DNA of 64,000 nt, from IMG/VR virus record IMGVR_UViG_3300009702_000785, positions 69,120-133,119 of that record; one strand, written 5' to 3'. Numbering within the stretch: position 1 is the first letter of the stretch; the number at the start of each line of letters is the position of its first letter. The position numbers and the translations under genes are program-made. This DNA is from a virus. Of this stretch, positions 21,001-30,000 are shown in pieces. The notes beneath the pieces were generated by a model, which had not been told where the DNA came from, did no database searches, and saw only the letters and a program-made list of their open reading frames with translations.

Positions 21001-24000
21001 ACATCCGAATGCAATTATGATGATCAATGTATTGTCGGTGAACCTGTTGTCGGTGTTAATAGGGTACAAGACCAATGTGATGAAATATACAAAGGGTGTA
21101 GTAGTGTAGGAAAACCATCCATAGCCATTCTCAATAATGGTGTGGGACTGATTGCATATGAAACGATGGTAGATAATATTTCGACCATAAAATTACAACA
21201 GTTCCACACAAGCGTAGATTTCAAGTTATTAGCAAATAGAACTTTTGGATATGGTAGACTACAAAATAGCCTGAGATGGGAAGATGCTCCCGGTCTAACT
21301 CAGGTGTCAATAGCAACCATGTGGAGTTACGATGAGTTGCCCGTTGACATTATTCAGGGTACTGATGACCCAGCAGATTCAGATACCTGGAAAGATGTCA
21401 TCGTTTTTGCTTCTGGCCCATTGGCTGGAGCATGCTTCCCAGTATACCACTTAGACCCTGCGGGTGTTGACGATGAAAAAGTAGCATGGTATGTGAAGTT
21501 TTTAGTACAAGGTGATACTGAGTTAACTTCACCATTCTTTAGCTCAGATGACTACTATCAGTCTAGATGGTATATATATGACTACCAAACTGCCCTCAGA
21601 GATGCAGGTGGGGGCATCAACACTGATTACAAGAACTTGGTGGGTGGTGCAGGTGCAAGTGCTCAAGACTATCCATTCCCTGAATATCTATTCGGAAGTT
21701 CAAAAGATGTGGATAATATTCTTCTTGGTGACCGAATCACAGATCACATTTACAACGGTGAACGAGTCCCGATTGCTAATCCCAAGATAGACATAAGCAA
21801 AAACTATGCCCGTCCATACGAGAATTCACAATATGCTTATCTGACTTATCAGGCGCTAGAAGATGGAAAATGGAATGTATATCTGAAGCAAATAAGACTG
21901 TCAGAATATAGTAGAGATAAGCTTATTGATGCTGCTACTGGAAGTGACAATATAATACCAATAGCCAACCCGGTAGATGATCTAGTAGAGCCAGGACTTG
22001 GTTTGGCTGGAGTGGTATATCGCATTACTTGTGTCAGTGACAACTGTAGGGATATCGGTGGAAACGAGTTCTTGATGCAACGTACTGTAGTTATGGAGGT
22101 CTTACTACCTGATGGTCGTGAAGTTCTAAATCCCGACCCCGATGGCGGTAATCATGGCTCTCTATGTCCAGGCGTAAAAGCAGAAAGCTTCCCAGATGGC
22201 AAGGTGTTTGTGAAGTTTGTACAGTCTGCTGTAGGGGATAGATGTCCCGATCAGTTCCAGTTTGATGACATATTCCCAAATTGGGCTACAGGACAGGAAT
22301 ATTTCGTACCTCTCACTGCTGTTTCCGGTCAACAACTTTTTGATTACTTGCAGCGAGAGAGTGATGATGGAATATCGGTAGGACAATTTGATCCTCCGAT
22401 TGAGCAAGGCAGTACAATGATCAGTTCTAGCAGTGTTGGAGCGGATTGGTATGACGATTTTCACACAGATACTAACAACTGGTCCGTCATAGAGTCTGAA
22501 CCTTTTGACGTCCTGTCACAATTTAAGGGACTGGATATCAGTGGGCCTATACTAATTTCTACAAATGAAACAGGCCACTGTACTAACCCAAGAATCCAAG
22601 TAGATTACAATAATCACGTATTCATCGTATATGAGCACACTGATACCGGGATACAGAATATACGATTGGTTGGGACTAAAGAGGTTGAGGATGAGTTGCC
22701 TACGGGTGTAAGTCAGGTATTTAACCCAGATGACTCTCTGAATTACTTCTTTGACAAGGATGATTTCGTATACTCCGTTGATATAACATCGTCTGGTGAA
22801 GGCTCAAACCAGTTACCTGACCTGTACATCGACTTGAATAATGTACTACACTTGGCTTGGCAGTCCAACAGAGACAAGGTGTGGGAGATTTACTACGCGA
22901 ACTCTACCAATAACTTTGCGTACAAGCGAATCACTAAGCACGAGGGCAGATCACTTAAACCATCAATTACTTCCAACCCGTCTGGAAATCTGTTCATTAC
23001 TTGGCACGACAATAGATATGGCAACTACGAGATTATGATGGCGTATCACCCAGGAGTCAGGGTAATTCCGCTTTACCAGCAAGACCCATATCTGGCTTCT
23101 TTGCGTAACTTTCATGACGGATGGTCGCATACAACAGATGTTCTACCACTGAACGTAGTGAACGATAGTGATGGGCCGATATGCTACTCAAAATTTGATG
23201 TAAACTTCTATGAGGATAGAAATCTAGAACATCTGGCATTCACGGTATCCTCAAGTGATTATCCGTTTGCCTTTACTTTACCAGGGTCCGAGTCAGATGT
23301 AACCACAGCTGATCTGAGTGATATTGATACACAGTGGGTAACGACATACGACTATACATATTCTGGTCCGACTATAATAACTCAGAATTTTGTTGCAGTT
23401 AGCAACGAGATTGATACTTTCCTTGAGGACTCTACAATCAAGACCATATTGATACCAGAGTTAAATACTACAGGTGGTTGCTCGTTTGGTACTATTGAAT
23501 TAAGAGCCAGTAATTTAACGGATGACCCTGATGCAGATACTCAGTGGAGTGCTGAATATTCACTATCTGGTCGTGAAGGAGAATTGATCGATCTAGAAAC
23601 GCTCGGTGTTACGGAGACTGTTGCAGGTCGATACAAACAAATACGTTTGAAATGGGATTGTGATGTGTTTACAGACACATTCTCTGTAATTGATGGAGAA
23701 AGTGATGCTCACGTAGAAAGCGAATTAACATGGACCAACGATGCTGCTGAAGTGCGTCTTGGCCATGATTCTACAGCATCGTCTGCCACTTGGGGAGAGA
23801 TAACCACAAGTACTAATACTACTACTGCGAAGTCATCTGATCTGATAGACATTAGCGGCACGATGTATATGTCTTGGGCTGCCGGTGGAAATAGTATTAA
23901 ATTCGCCGAGTTTGATCCTTCTACGTCTTCATTCATTAACGAAGAGGTAGTCTTAGCAAGCACCCCGAATATATCCATTATTGAGATATCGATTGAGAAC

Positions 24001-27000
24001 ATATTTGGTATACCAGCCATAGCATATATTATCTATAGTACTACAAGCGGCACTTACGACGTAGCATATGCCACAAGGTTTGGTGGATCATGGAACAGCT
24101 ATACTGTGGTCACAGGTTTGCCGACGTTTGTATGGAGTCAAGTTTCACTATTTGACAACAACGACCAACCAGGAATTATTGTACACTTTGATGGTGGTGG
24201 AGCTTCCTCCATCAACTTTTATGCAAGTACAAGCCAAGGTCAATCATGGCAACCTGCTGAGTCAGTAGCAACTAACGTGGACGATACTGGGGAAATATCC
24301 GCGGTAATGATTTCTGGCGTGCCCGCTGTTACATATTTGGATACCACCACTGGTAACAGGGTATACAACACCAGAGCCGGTTCGTGGGGAGTCCCGGTTA
24401 CGATGTCGGTAACAACTCCCATATCAGCAACAAGATGTACAATAATGCAGTACAATACACATCCGTTATTCTTCTTCGGAGATAGCTCAGGGATCGGCAT
24501 GCGATGGTCCAGATACGATGGAGTGACTTGGACTGGTGACCAGATTATTGACGGTGCAGCAGAAATTGGGCATTACAAGCCAATGCTGGTTAACAGCATT
24601 CCAACTATCGCATACTATGAGGCATCAGGATCGGCCGAGTTTGACCTTAAGTATGCAGAGTTGACCAGTTTGCCTCTCAATACGTGGGACATCAACGTTA
24701 TTGACGCAAGCATTGTCGCTGATACATCTGCCCCGAATCACTGGGTTCCTAGCACCACTTGGACAGGTGAACCTCCGGGCGGAGAGACGGTAGCAGAACA
24801 TGCAGCCATCATGCCGCTTGTTGATACCAGCAACATTGTATACATCGAAGAATTTGATGTGGCAGGCTTAGAGAAGTTTGATGCATACTTCCGGTTTGAT
24901 AACTTTGACGTACCTGTAGATACCACGATCATTAGCTCTCATATGGAGATGAAGGCTAGAGTGGCAAGCGGTGCTGCCAAGTCAGTCATTCGTTTGTTAG
25001 ATGAGGTGGATACGAGAGAATTTGAAGATAACACCACTGTGCAAATACCAATAGCCGCAGCAGCAGACGATGCAGAATTAGAGATACCCGACCTATGGAG
25101 CATAGGGAGTAATACCATTAAGTTTGGTAGCGATGGCGGATCGGACTACTACGCATACTTGAGATTCCTACTAAATATACCTGTGAATTCTCGGGTCATT
25201 GAGTCCTACGTGGAGTTCACACCTGCGGCAACTGATACTGGTGACGCCCATGCAACAATAGCACTCGTAGACGGAAGTTCGGAATTCGCAGATACGCATA
25301 TTTATTCTGTTGCTATAGATAGTCAAAGCGGTGACGCTGATTATCGTATCAGTGATGAGCGATGGGAAAATAGCGCCGATACTATACGATTTGGCGAATC
25401 AGCAGGTGAGACATATGAGGCATACCTACGTTTCTACATAACCGGAATCCCGACTTATGCGTTGATCTCGTCTGCTTCCATCACGTTACAATCGGAATCC
25501 ACTGTTGTTGGAGATTCTGATGTCGCAATCAAGCTTTTGGATTATGGCAACATAGAGTCGTTCCCAGATACGACTGTGTTACAGTTCCAGATAGCAGCGG
25601 GTGCTGATGATGCTGATTTTAATACAGAGATTGAGGAATGGCGTAACGACCTAAGTTCTGTGCGATTCGGCGTGGATATCGACGACTATAACGCTTACAT
25701 GCGTTTCAATGTTGATATCGATCCAGATTTGAAGTATATTGCAGCACGACTACGAATTACACCTGCTGCTGATAGTTCGGGTACATCCTCAACGATGATC
25801 AAGTTATTGAACCGCAATGATGATTGGCCAAGTGCCGACCATACCGAATTCCCAACAATGCTGACTACTGATATATATGCTTCATCCAGTGATGATGATG
25901 CTATGGCAGAGGTTATCGATAACCTACCGAAGCGATGGGAAAATAGTGAGGGATATATTTGGTGGGGAACTGAGCACGCATCGGATGGAGACCACGTTTG
26001 GGATGGTTATGTCCGGTTTGACACCTTTACGGCTGGCATTGCAGATCAAGGTCTAGGTAGGCCAAAGATCAATCGTGCTCATATAGAGATGCAATCTGAA
26101 GGACCAACTTCTACCAGTACCACCATTATCCACGGCATTAACCGCAATGTAGAAAGAAGTGGTGGAGACGGATTCCCGCATTACACAAGCATAACTGCCG
26201 AAATACCTAGCGCTGCAAGTGACGCATTTTTAGCTGATGATGCGGATTGGACTATCAACGAAGGAACGGTACAGTTTGGTAATGATGGTTCTAACACATA
26301 TGACGCTATACTCAGGTTTATCCCAGAAGACAAAGATTCTTCTGTACGCCTAGAAAGATACGACTACATATCAGAATCGTATCTCAGCGTTATTGCTGTA
26401 AATAATACTTCAATTGGAGCAAATGCCCAAATCCAGTTGATTAATGATTGTTCAGTGGATGAGTTTGTAGAGTCTGATAGCGGAACGTTCATGATGGACA
26501 ACGAAACATATGTTTCGGATGGATTGAGTCCTGATGCCTACGTGCAAAATGATACGACGTGGTTTAACAAAGCAAACTTTGTTAGATTTGGTACGGATGG
26601 TGCAGATTACTATGATGGATACTTGAGGATCAGAGTTTACGGCATACCGGAAGGTTCGACTATCGTATCAGCCACATTATTCTCATACCCTTACGCTGCG
26701 GAATTGAATGCATCTGATATAGCAATCACTTTAATAGATGAAAATTCAGCCGCAGCATTTAAGGGTGCCGAGTCCAAGTCTACTTCTGCGAATACTACGG
26801 GAGATTTAGGTATAGCGGATATTGCGTATACCTATCAGGCTCAGTCAACATTAGACCCCAGCCTGGATTATGACGAGCCAGACGAAGAGGTTCTGGCTTC
26901 TGGATTCGCCATATATGGTGACTATAATGTTTGGACTGAATACGTTGTAGGTGATGGTTCAGCAGGGGGGGAAGACCCCGTATATCCATTCGAGACTCCA

Positions 27001-30000
27001 ACTACCTACACTGATACAAGATCATATGGTGCCGTCAGTGGTGGAACCGTACACCGCATCGGAGATTTAACTTGGACTACGGAAGGTCTGTACGTTGCGT
27101 GGGTAGATAACGACACCACCCCAGATGCTCCCAATTACAAGTTGATGGTTAGTAAGCTGGTTAAGAATGGAAGTGATTGGGAGTGGAAAGATTCTACAGA
27201 GGTTGATAGTGATGTATATGGCGATGTCACAATGCTCACTGTCGATAACGACCCATGCATAAGTTATCTACGTGACAACTCGGGGACCATGCAGTTATGC
27301 TTCGCACGCAAGTTTGGCGCTGGTGGAAGTTGGCCCACACACTCCACGGTTACAGTGGTTGCTGGTGCTTCTGGTTCCACAATCGGGTCACCACACTGCA
27401 TAGAGGACGATTCGTTACAGCCTAAGATTGCATATGTTATTGGGACTACCGGTGTGGATTCCACCAACAGCATCTTCGTAGCTTCATCGACGGATGGCGG
27501 AGCCACTTTCGTCAATATTAATACCGGGATAACAACTTATGGTGGTACCCAGGATGTCAAGCTCGACTGCTTGAGAATTACCCCAGTGAACAGTGAAATC
27601 CATATGGCTTATTCGAGGTACAATACAACATCAACTGAGATTGAGGTCTACTTCGCATACTACGATGGTTCTTGGAATGATGTTGGTCGAGTGTACGATG
27701 GTGCTACTGCAAACTTACAAAACAAGGTTGGTAATGGTTTTGATTTAATCAGTTACGACGATTTACAGACAAGTACAACACCTGTGCCCGTTTTATTTAT
27801 GCATTATTCTGTTGCAATTAATGATCGAATACTTTGGGCCAGATCAACTGATCGTGGAACTACTTGGTCTGGTGAAAGAGTTGTAACCGGAGTCACACTT
27901 GACCCTATTAATATCAGGGCAGTTGTTACTTATGAGCAAGATGCTGTATGGACAAACGTTGTTTTTGAGGAAAACACAAGTACATGGGATGTGCAAGTAC
28001 GTCGCCAATCAGACAGTCTGAATAATCTGCCCGCATCAGGGACATGGGTAGAAGAAACCGCTTTGAGCAATATCGGCACCGATGAAGCCGAGACTATCGC
28101 TATTGCTAACGTTAGGGATAAGCCTGCAATATTGTTCTTGCAGCCTGAATCATCTCCTACGTATGGCTGGGATAGTGCTCCTGTGGTTTACTGGGAGCAA
28201 GACTTCATTTATAGTGCTCTTGCGCGACATTACATTGAAGGCAGAAACTCAGCTAACGACTATGAAGCACCTTACTCTGATGCTATTATAACAGAAGCTA
28301 AGTTTACGGTCACACCACAGCTACAGGATGGAGCAGACAATGACAACGATGCCAATATTAAGATGTTTAATATATCGTCAATATCCTCTGCATGGTCTCA
28401 GTATGAGATGTTTGCCTGGTCTCTACCAGCATTATTTGAAACACCCATAACCGAGTTTACTCCTGACCCCGGTGACTGGACAGCAGTTACAGTAGATATA
28501 ACTGGTGCAGAGGAAACGGTACAAAATTATATTAACAACAGATCAGGAATGAGCAGTAGATACATTGGGTTCAAATGGGAGACTGCTGATCTAGACGATT
28601 TGAGAAGTGCATTTAATGCTCCTGATTTCTACTATGCATACACGTATCCGCAGCGGGATTTGGATTTATCAGCGCCAGAGGTTATATGGTCCATCCAGGC
28701 TGGCGAATGGACCGGCTCCAATCCTATTGGAGTTGATATAACTGATCTAGTAGACTACTGGGTTAACAACAAGGTTTCTAGCGGGTATATGGGCATCATA
28801 CTTCGAGATGCAAATTCAAGTGTTGACTCACTGAAAGAGCTAGTATCAGTTGAAGGGAATAGTACCAAGCGAGCATACATTGACGTGGTATGGAATGAAC
28901 TACCTAATATTGATTATAGATCAACAACCGTTAATTGGAGCCCGAATATCTGGACCGATTCAGATATAGTAACATCGCCTGATATACGACTGTTGATACA
29001 GGATTATGTTGACCGATGTGACCCAGGGGTATCGAGCGCAGCAATGGGATTCGGAATACAGCACGTTTCTGGATCGGTGCTGAAGACGTTTGCTGCTTAC
29101 GAAGGTTCGGGATATGGTGAGCCGTCGCAATTGTATATCGAGTATTCACCGTACATTAACGTAACTCCATACTTGCCGGATAAGCAAGTCAGTTGGTCTA
29201 CTGGAACTTGGGCTGATTTGGAGACTGTGACCACTCCTGATCTGCGGGGTATTGTGAAGCCGTGGTTTGATAGCTACTTTTCATTCTACGGGACTAAGTA
29301 TATTGGATTCAGGATATCGACTGCGACTGATATTCTTAAATCAGTCAAGTCGTCCGAGGGCGGAACTGACATCAAGCTACATATCGAGTACTCACCGGAA
29401 GGTACTAGGACGACGGATGGCAGTGGCATAAGCTGGGTTGATGCAACTGATTGGGATACTGTTGGCAGTGGTGACGCAGTGGAAGTCACTTCACCTGACT
29501 TGTTAACTCTAATTGATACGGTATTCACATCAGATTCCTGGCGATATCACTGGGACCAGTATGGATACGGAACGTCTGGCATAGGGTATTATCTGGACGA
29601 AGAGCATACTACAGTAAACCCAGATTTTACTGGGCAATATATTGGTTTTGTTATAGAAGAAGTCAGCAGCAGTGTTTTGAGGGAGTTTATCTCGAAAGAC
29701 ACACCTTTTGCTGCTGCCATATTAGAGATAGACAAAACTGAGGATGGACCGCGTAACCGATATATGATTGACTCTGCCACAGAGCATCCTGGTATACCGT
29801 GGACGGCCTCATCATGGGATGGTATTGAGAAAACAGCAGACATCACAGCCTTAGTAACCGAGTATATAGATTTACCGAGCTACTCGATGTCTGGATCATA
29901 TATGGGACTGGTGATCGAAAATCATACAGTCGGTAATCCATTGAAGTCATTCTTCGCTTACGACGCAGCGGGATATAGTGGAGCACAACTGGATATCGCA

